DNA from: Laetmonice hystrix
Lineage: Eukaryota
Assembly (NCBI GenBank): GCA_965235115.1
Contig: OZ249436.1
Location: 27,218,001-27,282,000 of the forward strand
Direction of reading: 5' to 3'
Length of the DNA stretch: 64,000 nucleotides
Every line of letters begins with the position of its first letter. The stretch's first letter is position 1. The notes under the pieces are model-generated. The model worked only from the letters and a program-made list of their open reading frames with translations. It had not been told where the DNA came from and made no database searches. The translations under genes and the position numbers were made by a program. Shown here in pieces: positions 1 to 12,600 of this stretch.

Positions 1-1767
1 GAGGAGGTCCCAATACAACTAGAAATACCAAGAGAGTATAAGTTCAATGCTGACAAGAGTGTAGTGATTGAGACGGAAATTGCCGAAATGATACGTAAAG
101 GTGTTATATATGAAGTGTGGGATGTCAAGCAGTCCTTTGTATCTAACATCTTCACGAGACCTAAGCCTGATGGGAAGGTCAGGGTGATTATTGACCTTAG
201 TGAGTTAATTACCTTTATCAGTAAAAAACATTTCAAGATGGACCATCTAGAGACGGCCACACAGATGATGTTTAGGGGTGCCTGGTTGGCCTCAATTGAC
301 CTTTCCGATGCGTATTATACCCTACCCATCCACCCAGACTTTCAGAGGTATCTTTGCTTCCATTGAGCAGGGAGATTTTTTCAATTCACTTGTCTCCCTT
401 TTGGTATTTCATGTGCTCCTTGGATTTTTACTAAGACGTTGAAACCCATATTTGCAGAGTTTCACAGGAAGGGCCATCATGGGTTTGGATTCATCGATGA
501 TTCCTTCATTATTGCTGAAACCCAGGAGGAGTGTTTAGCGGCGGTCAATGAATTAAAATCGTTATTTGAGAAGCTAGGGTTTAGAATAAATGAAAAGAAG
601 TCGGTCTTACACCCAACACAGGAATTGAAATTTTTGGGATATCTTCTTAATTCCTCTACCATGACAGTGAGTCCTACCCAAGAGAAAATAGAAAAAGTAG
701 TCGAGTCAGTAAAGGCGTTGGTACATTGTAGAAGGGCAAAAATCCGCAGAGTAGCGTCCGTACTTGGCTTGCTAAATGATGTGTGTAAAGCTACAGAATA
801 TGGTTTGGCACATAATAAGAATCTGGAGATCCAAAAAATTAAGGCCTTACAAAGAGCGGGCCCAAAACAGTTTGAGGGGAGCATGTATATAGGTACTGAC
901 TCTGTCACGGACCTAAAATGGTGGGAGAAGAAGTTCCCGAAAGCCTCCAAGAAAATCAGGGAGACCTCTCCAGAATTAAAGTTAATGGTTGATGCTTCTA
1001 ACTTGGGATGGGGAGCATGTTTAAATTCGAAAAGAGCCCAGGGAAGATGGTCAATGCAAGAGACCAAAGGTCATATTAACGTTCTAGAACTACGCGCAGT
1101 ACTCTTAGGCTTAAGGACTTTATGTGCTGATAAGCAGGGTACAGGTATTAGTATCCTTACGGATAGTACCACCGCGGTGGCATATGTATCCCATATGGGG
1201 GGTACCAGGTCAAGGGAGTGTAATAGAGTGGCCCTAGAAATATGGAACTGGTGTGAGCAGCAGGACATTTGGATAACGATTAACCATATCCGTGGAGTTG
1301 ATAATGCGGTAGCGGACTATGAGAGTCGTAATTTCACGGAAAACACAGAGTGGAAATTAGGTCCACACCTGTTTAACCAGATATGTACGTTGTGGGGTAC
1401 CCCCAAAATCGATTTATTTGCATCTAGGGTGAATCATCAACTTCCTAACTATGTCAGCTGGGGACCCGATCCAGGTGCATCCTTCGTCAATGCATTCTCA
1501 AGATCATGGTCGGATCTAGGTTATGTATATGCCTTTCCCCCTTTCAGGCTTCTATTGCGAGTGCTACAGAAAATCCGTCAGGACAAGGTCAAGGGTGTCG
1601 TAGTAGCTCCTGATTGGCCAGCACAACCCTGGCACAGCATTCTACATGCAAGAGCACGGTGCGTCAGGAGCGTTCCCAGGAAAGCGGGAAATCTACACAG
1701 AGTAGTCCCCGCCATCAAGGAGGACAAAACGTTAGAAGACATTCCTCTGATGTTTGCTCTGCTTTAA
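1..1767 (+). pseudogene. DIRS pol: reverse transcriptase + RNase H + Dam-like methyltransferase domain, one premature stop
   Basis: Frame is open from base 1. Motifs: RVIIDL, SIDLSDAY, LPFG..APWIFTK, FIDD, VDASNLGWG, HINVLELRA, DSTTAVAY, IDLFAS...YAFPPF. ORFs 64-366 and 439-1767 share one frame, separated by TGA at 364-366 (probably TGG Trp->TGA). Confidence 0.93.
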
Positions 1768-1784
1768 GGAATAGGATCAAACAT

Positions 1785-2751
1785 ATGGAACTACCGGAGA
1801 TAGCTATCAATCTATACATGGATTCTTGGAGACCCAATACACAAAGACAATATCGGGTCTATATAAACCAGTGGTTTACCTTTTGTACAGAAAGAGGCTG
1901 GGCAGAAACTGTCTCCAACGCTAGGCCAGGGAATAACATTTCTGACGCATTTGTTCACCAAAGGATTAACGTACAGTGCTATAAATACAGCAAGATCCAC
2001 ACTTTCCTTGATATTACCAAAGGTTGAGAACTATCAGTTTGGGAAACACCCCGTAGTATCTAGGATAATGCGGGGTATATATAACAGGAGACCACAGATG
2101 TCTCGGTACGGATCAATCTGGGATCCAGATATAGTGCTTAACTATCTGAGAGAACTGTCACCAGTGAAGAAACTAACTCTTAGAGAATTAAGCGCAAAAT
2201 TGCTGATGTTAATGCTACTAACCTCATGCCAAAGAGTCCAAACGATTTTCACGTTGATGACACGAGACAGTGTATGGTCACAGGACAAAGAAACGGCAGT
2301 ATTTAGGGTTTCATCACCACTTAAACACTCCAAGAGAGGATCTTTAGGAGTGATCCATTTCACAGCATTCGACCAGGATCCGAGACTATGTGTCGTCCGA
2401 ACACTGAAGTACTTTTTAGAGAAAACAAAAGACATTAGAGATAAGAAAAAGGAGAGACTGTTTCTCTGCACTACCCCTCCGTATGGGGAGGCTTCTAAGG
2501 CTACCCTGAGCCGGTGGGTGAAAGAAACCCTGGCAAATGCAGGTATAGATACTCGAGTCTTCAAGGCTCATAGCGTGAGGGGTTCCTCGACCTCCAAACT
2601 GTGTTCATTAGGGGTGCCTGTTGCAGAGATAATGGCAAAGGCTCAGTGGAAGACTGAGAGCACTTTCAAAATTTTCTATAACAAACCTTTGCTGCTAGAT
2701 GTATCAAAAAGGATGTTGTCAAACTTCGTTAATAAGGAGAATAAACACTAA
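1785..2751 (+). pseudogene. DIRS tyrosine recombinase with one frameshift (~1905-1912)
   Basis: ATG 1785 MELPEIAINLYMDSWRPNTQRQY... shifts frame into LSPTLGQGITFL...AINTARS. Catalytic-type motifs SCQRVQ, KHSK, HSVRG and W...TF..FY are present. Confidence 0.92.
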
Positions 2752-3145
2752 ATGACCACCTAACTATGCTGGAAGGACTGTATTGTGGTTTTCATTCGCT
2801 TTCAAATCGTGTAGTGCTGACTTTAAAGTCTCATCTGTACGCCACCTGGCGTTTCCGGACCGAAGTATAATTGAAAATTAAACGAACTTACCGTAGTGAA
2901 GTTTAATTGAGATTAGATGAGGGTAGGAAACGCCGAGGTGGTGGACAGATGACCCACCTCGGCCCTCCCTCGCTTCTGCTTCCTACTGATTGTTTCTTCT
3001 GCTCAACACTACACGATTTGCACTTTAAAGAGTGCCTGTCACTTACATGGAACGCGTTCTCATCTGTCCACCACCTCGGCGTTTCCTACCCTCATCTAAT
3101 CTCAATTAAACTTCACTACGGTAAGTTCGTTTAATTTTCAATTAT

Positions 3146-6100
3146 CACTCTGGTAAGGTTTTTCCTGTCTACCTCAACCTCCCTGAGAACGATGCGTACT
3201 AAGGTAGGTGTGGTTATTACTCAACCAGTGAGTTTGTTAGACTCTCTGCGAATTGACGGCTTCAAACGACGTTTGTTTACCGTCGCCAAGCAGTTGCTAA
3301 GGTTAACCAGTTGCTAAGGTCTCGCAGTAGTCGTCTCCATTGTGTTTTAGCATTCGTAACTTGGCCAGTTGCAAGCACAAAAGTCCTATTGGGACGATCA
3401 TGTCCAGGGTGTCTTTTGCCGTGATTTTGATTTAATCAACCATGAAAAGTTTTTCTGTTTGGGCCGGGGTAAATGGAATGGAAATGGAGTCCAGGTCTCA
3501 GCCTTCCTATCTACAGAGAAAGACTCGCTAGTTCTGGAATCTCGGGTTGAAAGGTGTCCAGTTCTTATTAACTCCTTAGATACAGCCCGTAGTAATAACC
3601 CCTCTGAAACTGGTGGTAGTTCAGAGAGAACTGTAGAATTTGTTCCCCTGTTCAAAAGTATGAAATGTTTGTTAAATTTCAGGGTCAATATCCACTTCAG
3701 CTGATGCTCGTTGCAAACGGTTCAGCTAAGCAACTTTGGTCTGTTGATCGGTCACAGGTTCGAGAACCTGAACTGGGCCGACCACAACTCGGGCCCGTCT
3801 GAAGGGCCCGGTCAACGAGGCAAAAGTATCAGCCACCACGGGCTCGAGAGCCACAGATGGCCGACCTTGAAGCTGGTCCGTCCAGCAGACCGGGTCAACG
3901 ACAGACGAACAGTTCGGCCACGGGTTCGAGAACCTCTAATGGCCCTTGAGTCGTTTGACGGACATGGCAGTCGGCCACGGGCTCGAGAGCCACAGATGGC
4001 CGACCATGACGCTGGTCGTCCAGCAGACCGGGTCAACGACAGACGAACAGTTCGGCCACGGGTTTGAGAACCTCTAATGTCCCTTGGGTCGTTTGACGGA
4101 CATGGCAGTCGGCCACGGGCTTGAGAGCCACAGATGGCCGACCATGACGCTGGTCGTCCAGTGGACCGGGTCAACGACAGACGAACAGTTAGGCCACGGG
4201 TTTGAGAACCTCTAATGGCCGCTGGGTCGTCTGACGGACATGGCAGTCGGCCACGGGCTTGAGAGCCACAGATGGCCGACCATGACGCTGGTCGTCCAGC
4301 AGACCGGGTCAACGACAGACGAACAGTTAGGCCACGGGTTTGAGAACCTCTAATGGCCGCTGGGTCGTTTGACGGACATGGCAGTCGGCCACGGGCTTGA
4401 GAGCCACAGATGGCCGACCATGACGCTGGTCGTCCAGTGGACCGGGTCAACGACGGACGAACAGTTAGGCCACGGGTTTGAGAACCTCTAATGGCCGCTG
4501 GGTCGTTTGACGGACATGGCAGTCGGCCTCGGGCTCGAGAGCCTCGGTATGCCGATGCAATTGCTGGTCCGTCTAGCAGTTTCGGTCAACGACTCACGAA
4601 CACTAGGCCAAGGGTTCGAGAACCTGAAATGACCATTGTAGACCTGGCAGTCGGCCACAGGCTCGAGAGCCTCGGTATGCCGATGGAATTGCTGGTCCAT
4701 CCTTCGAATTGGGCCAACGACACACGACTAGTAGGCCACGGGTTCGAGAACCTGAAATGACCGCTGCAAAAGTATCGGGCTCGAGAGCCACAACCTTGAC
4801 GCTGGTCTGTCCAGCGGACTGGGTCAACAGCGGACGAACAGTAGACCACGGGTTCGAGAACCGTTAATGGCCGCTGGGTCGTTTGCGGACATGACAGTTG
4901 GACACGGGATCGAGAGCCTCGGTTTACTATGGCTGGTCCGTCTGGCAGGCCTCGTTAGTGCATGCAGACGGGCAGTTGATCACAGGCTCGTGAGCCGCGG
5001 CCAGGCGTTTATTTGGGCCGCTTTACTAGTGTGTCAATGTTGCATGCTCGATCAAAAGTCCCGATTGTGGTCTCCCAGGCGAAGTCTCATGAGCCCATCT
5101 AATTACGCTAGGCCTCCCTATTAAGATAGAGATGTCTATAGGCCTCTTTGCCTGCTCATGAACTTACAAAAAAGAAATTCGGAAATCAAGCTAAGATAGA
5201 ATTTCCATGTCTCCATCCACGGTTAAAATTCCGACCGCTCCTCAAACGAGGGCGGGAAGACCGACTCTTGCTGAGGCAAAAAGATGTGCTTGATGCTCTA
5301 GCAGTTGCAGAACTCCGCTTGAGAGCGGCTCAAGCCAGTGGGCTTGTTGGCACCTGTGACTTGGGTATTTCGGATCAAGTTAAACCTGACTCTGCCTAAT
5401 TGCCATATGGGGAGATTAATCTGCAATCTGAATCAACTCTCTGTTCCTCTGAGAGAAGATTCGTACTAAAGACCCGGAACCACTGTCTTGCCCAAAGGAG
5501 AACATTTCCAATCCAGGTCTACTTTTCCAAAGCTCTCCGTAAAAAAAAAACGATTATGAGCTACATGCGGGTCCTCCGCGGCCAGGACCAACTTTAGATC
5601 CTGATGCGGAATAAGTAAAATTCAAGAGCCAGCTCAGATTTTAAGTTCTCGGCAGGCGCTTATGAATCAGGACAATAAGACAAGACTGTCAATGTCCTCA
5701 GCAATTGCTGCAGACGGGGGCAGTTCAAGAGGGAAATTTCGAACTGACCCAGCAGCGGATGACTTCAGGGCTACTAGCCTTACGACATTCGATCGAATTA
5801 TGCTGCACTTAGAAAATCTGTATATATTGAGTCATCTCGGGTTATGCTCTGAGACAGCTTCCTCTACAAGGCCATACCTTGTTTACAGGCCAGCTTCCCA
5901 TCTGCAGAGAACGTACGTTGGGGGCCAGTACAATTCGGGTTTCAGACCCTAACAAGGGAAGGCAATATTGGCTCAGATCTGACCTCCCTCAGAGAGGCAG
6001 ATTTCGAGGTCAGAGAGGTGACGGGGGTCGAACCCTAGCAATGAGGGGTCGACGCCCCTTTCGTGGGCCCTCAGCCGGCTTTCAAAATGCCGGCCACCGC

Positions 6101-9100
6101 AGGACGTTGGATCTTCCACCAGAGGGCGCAGATACTAGGGATCTCGACTCCCCAGATGGGATAGGGGAGAATCCCTTATAGGCCTAGAGGTCGGGAGACT
6201 GGAGGCTTAATTTTGGAAATTACCTGGTTGGATGGAGGAGCCTTTGATTGGTTGCCAGTCAGACTCCGGCTGCAAAACGCTCAACTCCGTTGGCAACAAC
6301 TCATAGACAGCTCAGATGATGGGTGTTGCGGAGTGTTCACAGTTCCTAAAAGACCGGAAGGTTGAGACCTGTGTTCAGTCTGAAAAGATTGAACATTTAC
6401 CCGGTAAAAGAGCCGTTTCTCATGGAAACGGTTCGGTCAGTAGTCCAGAGCTTACGAACGGGAGACTGGACTGGACGATCGATTTACGGGATGCGTATTT
6501 CTGCATGTACCAATTATCCTCATCACCTGCATCGGCTGGCAACGTCAAACAAAAGGGTACTAGTTGCAGTACTTCCCTTTGGACTGGCATCAGCCCCACG
6601 TGTTTTCACAAAATGTTGGCACCAGTGGAAGCCTTGGGTCACAAGCTGGGCATGTTACTTCACCAGTACCTCAACGATTGCCGTCTGAGGCAAGCCGACT
6701 GGGCCCAACTTTCAATCAAGCGGCTCTAAATATGCGCAACCTAGTAAGATTGGGTTGAAAGCCAATATACCCAAATGTTCCCTGACATCGCCCAGGTGTT
6801 TCTATATCGAGGGTTCAAGTGGGGTATGACATGTATGAAAGTATTTCTGATGGAGGAATGGGTCAGGAAACTGCGATATATTTCCCCAAATTCCTATCTC
6901 TGATGACAGCTCTGGATCGAATGTGGCTTCCATTTTAAGGTTTCTCAATTCGGGCAGTTTGGCAACGCAGTCAGGTCGCCTACATTTGAGGCCTCTCCAA
7001 ATGGCCTGGCTAATCACATGGAGACCACATCTCCAACCCGTAGGCCGATTCCCTGATCATTAATAATATTGAGAGTTGGTGGCTGCAATAGTCAAATTAA
7101 GGGAAGGTTGTCTTTCCGCAATCCGACTCCAGACCTGCATGTGTTTACCGACGCATCGAGCCGGAGTTGGGGAGCTCATCTTCTAATTCTGAAAGTCAGG
7201 GGCGTATGGACGTCAGACCAGAAAATCTGCACATCAGTCAGTTGGAGCTGTTGGCAATAAACTAGCCTTAGAACAGTGACAGCATTTGGTGACAAGTAAG
7301 ATAGTCATTCAGGTGCATTCAGACTATCAGTGGCAGTCAACTATTTGTTAGTCAGTTTCCCTCTTCAACTTGACGTGGGAGATCCTCTGGGGTGCAGGAA
7401 TCACCAGGTTGTTCTTCTCGTGGCACATATATACAAGGCAACCGAAACTACAAGCCCGATGCCTTATCCCGGGAATTCCGCCTCCTCTCTTCAGATTGGG
7501 CCCTCAATCGAGAAGTGGTCCGGGAGTTGTTCCATTTGGGGGAACACCTCAAATAAACTTGTTTGCCATTCCAGAGAATGCAACTACTTGCTACTGTTCA
7601 TGACTCCTATCTCGCATCCACAAGCTGTTGCGGTGGATGCGTTGTCCCACAGCTGGAGCCAATTTCAGGCCTACGCGTTTCCACCACCAATACAGTTGAC
7701 CACTTTACCTTTGCTCCTTGGTGGCCGAACCAGGTCTGGGTTGACCTCATTTTTCAATTTCTCCTGGAACGACCGAGGAAATAACCAGAAAGGCAGGATC
7801 TGTTGGGCCAAAAGGGACAGCTCGATCCCAATCACCAGCTGTTTCAGCTACACGCATTCAGATTGTCCGGACGAGATGCCGTGAAAGGGGATTTTCTCAA
7901 GAGGCAGCAGAAAGAATGTCTAGAAAACATCACTGTTCCACTAGGTCAGTTTACCAAGCCAAATGGGAAATCTTGTTAATTAGGCTAGTCAAAACGACTT
8001 AGATCATTCGTCACCGTCTATAGAGGCACTGGCAGAGTTCTTCCTGTATCTGCTCAATAAATGCTTAGCAGTGTCAACCATTAGAGGTTATAGATCGGCA
8101 ATTCTCAAACTGCTAAGGCCAGCGACGGATCGACCATTGGACTGAATCCTGCCATGTGTGTTCTGTTTAGAAATGTTGGACTCGAGAGTTCAGTGAAACT
8201 GCAGGGATCACCTGCTTGTTATTTATCCATTGTACTAGGCTGTCTTGGGAGAGAACCGTTGGAACCTTTACTTGTAGCCAACATGAAAATATGGACGCTA
8301 AAAACGGGTTTCTTTGGTTGCTCTTGCTTCGGGACGCAAGTGATCAGAAACGAACGCCCTAGGAGGTGATGATTCCGTTATTACATTCGGTCGAGGCTAC
8401 TCAGGTGTATGATTGTTCTTTGTACCGGAATTTCTGACAAAGAATCAAGACCCGTCACAATCTCCTTTTAAGATTGTTCTGCCAGTCATCGTCCCGATAA
8501 AGATAGGGAATCAAGAATCAAGGAAACAAAGGGTCAAGAATGTGTGCTCTGTCGCGTTAGGGCGTTAAGAGTGTAGCTGTATGCAACGAAAAGTATCAGA
8601 GAAGGAACATCTCGACTTCTCATTTCTTATGATAATAGGAAATTAGGTGACGTCTCTCCAGTCACAATTTTCTGCATCTTGGGCCTATTTCTATGGGATA
8701 CCTATTGTTGACATCAGCCTTTTGGAGATCTGAGACAATTTTCACAAAGTTATATTTGCGTCAGATGGGCCAGCAGACAAACAGCTTATACAGCTTGGGA
8801 ACTGTAGCCGTGGCTCAGACATTAGTCAACCCACGAGCTTAATTTTCATTTGGGCGGACTCCGGAGTCCCAAAAGTGCAGTAAGATGAATAAGAGTATTC
8901 ATTCTCATTCTCATTCTGGATGCTGGTGTTGTGTGCAGTTCACGTTCCATGGAATAATCGTGAAATTGGAATTCATCAGGGACTCAGGTGGCGTGTCTCA
9001 CTTGAATCTTAACTAAACACTATCTTGGTAAGTTGAAAACTCTCAAGGTAGTGGTTGCACCTTCACTATCTCACTGTCTAGGAACACTGAGATGACCAAA

Positions 9101-9633
9101 AAAGTCGGTGGGGGGAGTTGTAGTTGAGCCCCAGTCCAGACCTGGCATGGGTCACAAAGGCAGTTCTTCACCCGGACAACTACATTCGGGTGATTAGAAC
9201 CTGATTATATGATCATTACGCAAACCCTCCTTCCGAGCTTAGCACTCATCTCATTTAGTTATGGTGGTAAGTAATTTCATCTATGACACCAACCGTAAAG
9301 GATTAGTAGTAATCCTACTGTTGGTTAGTAGATAAATTACTTACCACCATAACATGGATTCCCTCCCGCCTCCCCACTGTTCGCGTTATGCTGGCGTCAC
9401 TACAGTGATTGATATTGGGAGTAGGGTCAATGACCTTTGACCCTCAGGGTCAATGACCTTTGACCCACCAGAGGGCGCTGGAGTAGTGGCGGTCCACTGA
9501 CCGCTAGGTGTTGACCACTGATCATTATTTAAATTCCGCCAGAGTGAACTCCGTATACAAATTATCTCATTTAGTTATGGTGGTAAGTAATTTATCTACT
9601 AACCAACAGTAGGATTACTACTAATCCTTTACG
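3146..9633 (+). mobile_element. DIRS1-like retrotransposon, copy B (different, heavily degenerate family; left terminus not visible)
   Basis: Frameshifted remnants in order: gag (~5150-6100), RT (RPVFSLKRLN, IDLRDAYF, LPFGLASAPRVFTK, YLND ~6360-6700), RNase H (VFTDASSRSWGAHL ~7140), MT (INLFA, DALSHSW..AYAFPP ~7530-7690), YR-like decay (~8000-8800). Perfect 60-bp inverted repeat 9294-9353 vs 9574-9633 marks the 3' end. Confidence 0.88.
3830..4880 (+). repeat. 138-bp (46-codon) tandem repeat inside DIRS-B 5'/gag region, ~5 conserved + ~3 degenerate units
   Basis: GACCGGGTCAACGAC recurs at 3888, 4026 and onward with 138-bp spacing, decaying after ~4500. Confidence 0.9.
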
Positions 9634-9641
9634 TTTTGCAG

Positions 9642-12600
9642 CACCTGAGATTCTAGTAGGAAAGAAGTATGGACCTGCTGTAGATATGTGGAGTGTCGGG
9701 GTTATAACCTACATATTGTAAGTATGACAATACTGTAAATCACTGTACTAAACAATACTTTTTCATCATTAAATTCAGCGTCATACAGATTCACATGAAG
9801 AATTTGTAACTGGTGTTGACTTGCTTCTATCTTCAGGTTATGTGGATATGAGCCCTTCTACTGCGATAATGAGTGTGAAATGTTCAAGAAGATTATTAAA
9901 TGTGATTTCGAATTCGATTCAACATACTGGGGTGATGTCAGTGAAAATGCAAAGGTAGATGTACATGTATTTCTGAGCACATTTCCTCTAAGAATGATCA
10001 ATCTTGTATTAACTTTCAAACTATCGGCACTGTAAATAAGTTTGAGTAAATCTACAGTGCCTATAATTTGCTCTCAGTGGCAGGTTTCTTTCTCACTCAC
10101 CCAAACACCCATTATGCCATGTCTGTTAAGGATTTCATCCGTAAACTGATGCGTAGCGACACATCGAAACGGATGACGGCACGCGAGGCGTTGGCTCATC
10201 CGTGGGTTCACCGCCAGGCGGCCAAAGTCACACATATGGAGGTTGCGCAGTCCAACCTCAAGGCGCTCAACGCACGTCGGAAGATGAAGGTCAGCAGAAA
10301 GGTTTGGTTAACACTGACTTGGATGGGGCTGGTTTTACAAATACTACTGCTGTCTCACCGCATATTTTTTAGAAATAGGACACTAAAGATAAAAGTGCAA
10401 AGTAATTGTATGTTGAAATATTGTGTACAGCAACTAGATATTTGTTTTATTTACTCATTATTTGTTTGTTTCCTTGCTGTACAAACATGCATTTCCGATC
10501 ATTCTTTGTTTGATTTGGATATGTGGGATACATGGAAAAACGGGAAAAAACATAATAAATTTACGTTTTACTCAACAATTTATAATTGCCTAAATGTGTA
10601 CATATATATTGTTTTGTGTTGTGTGTGTGGTATTTTTACTTAATATAAATATACAAAACTGTTTAAATTTGCAAGAAATTGGAGGTACCGTAAAATGTTT
10701 AATCTGTATTTGCATGATCACATGTGTCATAGGTGCTTTCATGCAAAAGAATCATAAGTTTAGAGAGTCTTGTGAAGAAAATAAAGTTCACGAGTGTGAG
10801 ATATCTCCACGTGGAAAAACAAACCTTTACTGGGAAAGAGACACTGCTCTTGTGAAGTTTCAGTCGTGTAAACCACATTGTACTGACACCGTAATACGTG
10901 CTTAGTAGTACTTAGTATGTTAAGTAAGATAGTTATAGTATTAATCCACTGAACACGATATACCGGTGTGGTGATAACCGATACAGATATAATGTAGAGG
11001 TGGTCGACAATTTCTCTCATATTTTATTATTCACCAATTCACAAAACCTAGTATAGAAGTGACTCTAATATTTAAAGGTTAAAGATCGCTCTGCCAACTT
11101 ATTTCTGAGGTGTAAAAGGAAGTCCCCAGGATAATTGTCTCAGTCCAGTGAAGGAATATGCATAAAGTATCCCAAGTACCTGATGGTTTGCATTGTGGTG
11201 AAAAATATTTTAGAAACTGCGGAGAGAAATGCAAAGTTTTCATATCGATAAACGTGATATGGAAAACTAAAATCAAATTGTGTTGCACTGCATTCTGCAA
11301 TAGAGTTTGGTTCGTTATAGTCCATAATTCCATGATAGAAGGCGAAAATTATTTTATGCATGGGAAAGATGTGCATGATTGAAACATAGAATCACCGGAG
11401 AAGACTTGTCACAACTTTTAAATGTTGCGAAAACATTGAAATGTGTTCGATGACAACTTTATATGTATTTTCCAGATCAACATGTGTGCCTTTTTTGTAA
11501 CTTTTCCCTAATCAGCATGTATACTCATATTAATAATATTCTTTCATTTCATTCACCACTAACACCATAATACGTTTCTTTTCAGATAACGGGGTACTCA
11601 TTTAAAGGGATACAGCAAGTATCCATCAATGACATACAACCTTTGTTTTGAGATAACAGGGTACATGTATTTGTTACGCGCCATCTGTGAATCTGACCCA
11701 TTTGCAAATGGGTCTGACCCAATAATGAATTCACAGATGGGTTGCCCATTTGCAACCCATCTGTGAATTCATTATTGGGTCAGACCCGTTTGCAAATGGG
11801 TCAGATTGACAACCCATCTGTGAATCTGACCCATCTATCAATCTTAATCTTTCTGAAATGGGCGATATAATTCATTATTGGGTCAGACCCGTTTGCAAAT
11901 GGGTCAGATCTGTAAATCTGACCCATCTATCAATCTTAATCTTTCTGAAATGGGCGGTATAATTCATTATTGGGTCAGACCCTTTTGCAAATGGGTCAGA
12001 TCTGTGAATCTGACCCATCTATCAATCTTTCTGAAATGGGCGATATAATTCATTATTGGGTCAGACCCGTTTGCAAATGGGTCAGATCTGTGAATCTGAC
12101 CCATCTATCAATCTTGTTTGTTCATGAAGGAGTAAAAGTTTTAATAGCAACTTTAATAGCAACTAATGCAATGTGTGCCCCTGACTGCATGGATGACTTG
12201 GCTTGGTAAGACATTCGACTGACTACAAATAATCAGGGATGAAAGTTTTCAGGAAATTTCCTGAAATCAGGAAATTTGAAAAAATCCCCCCCCCCCAAGA
12301 AATAACACCCAAAAAAGGAAATAGGCCTAGATCTATAGGCAAAAGAGGTAGGCCTAAGCCAAGGCTAAGTATTGCCCTGGACTGTGTGGTGGGCAATTAA
12401 TATCAAATGAAACAATATCCCCTTCCAGGACGTTTTTTAACACCATGCAGCTCAATATATCTCTACCTGCCAAAGTTCGTTTATAGATGGGGATATTAGA
12501 GTGTCTCAAACCCGTTCAGTGTCACGGGTGCCACCGTGCATAGGCCGGTCTGCCGGGGGTGCTGGTCCCTGTAGCTGTGGTGACATCGCTCACATAGACC

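Larger units (their letters stand above)
1..3145 (+). mobile_element. DIRS1-like tyrosine-recombinase retrotransposon, copy A (5' part outside the window; young but with two lesions)
   Basis: Domain order RT-RNaseH-MT then YR. 3' end has a perfect 86-bp inverted repeat, 2867-2952 vs 3060-3145 (ICR / right terminal repeat structure typical of DIRS1). Confidence 0.95.

Noticed and set aside
364-366. In-frame TGA as selenocysteine or programmed readthrough
   Set aside because: The position is a conserved Trp of DIRS RT (F.W.G..YQF), so a single G->A nonsense change is simpler.
10068-10643. 191-aa ORF as a complete protein
   Set aside because: Only 10131-10289 is kinase-like and is bounded by AG/GT; the rest is intron.
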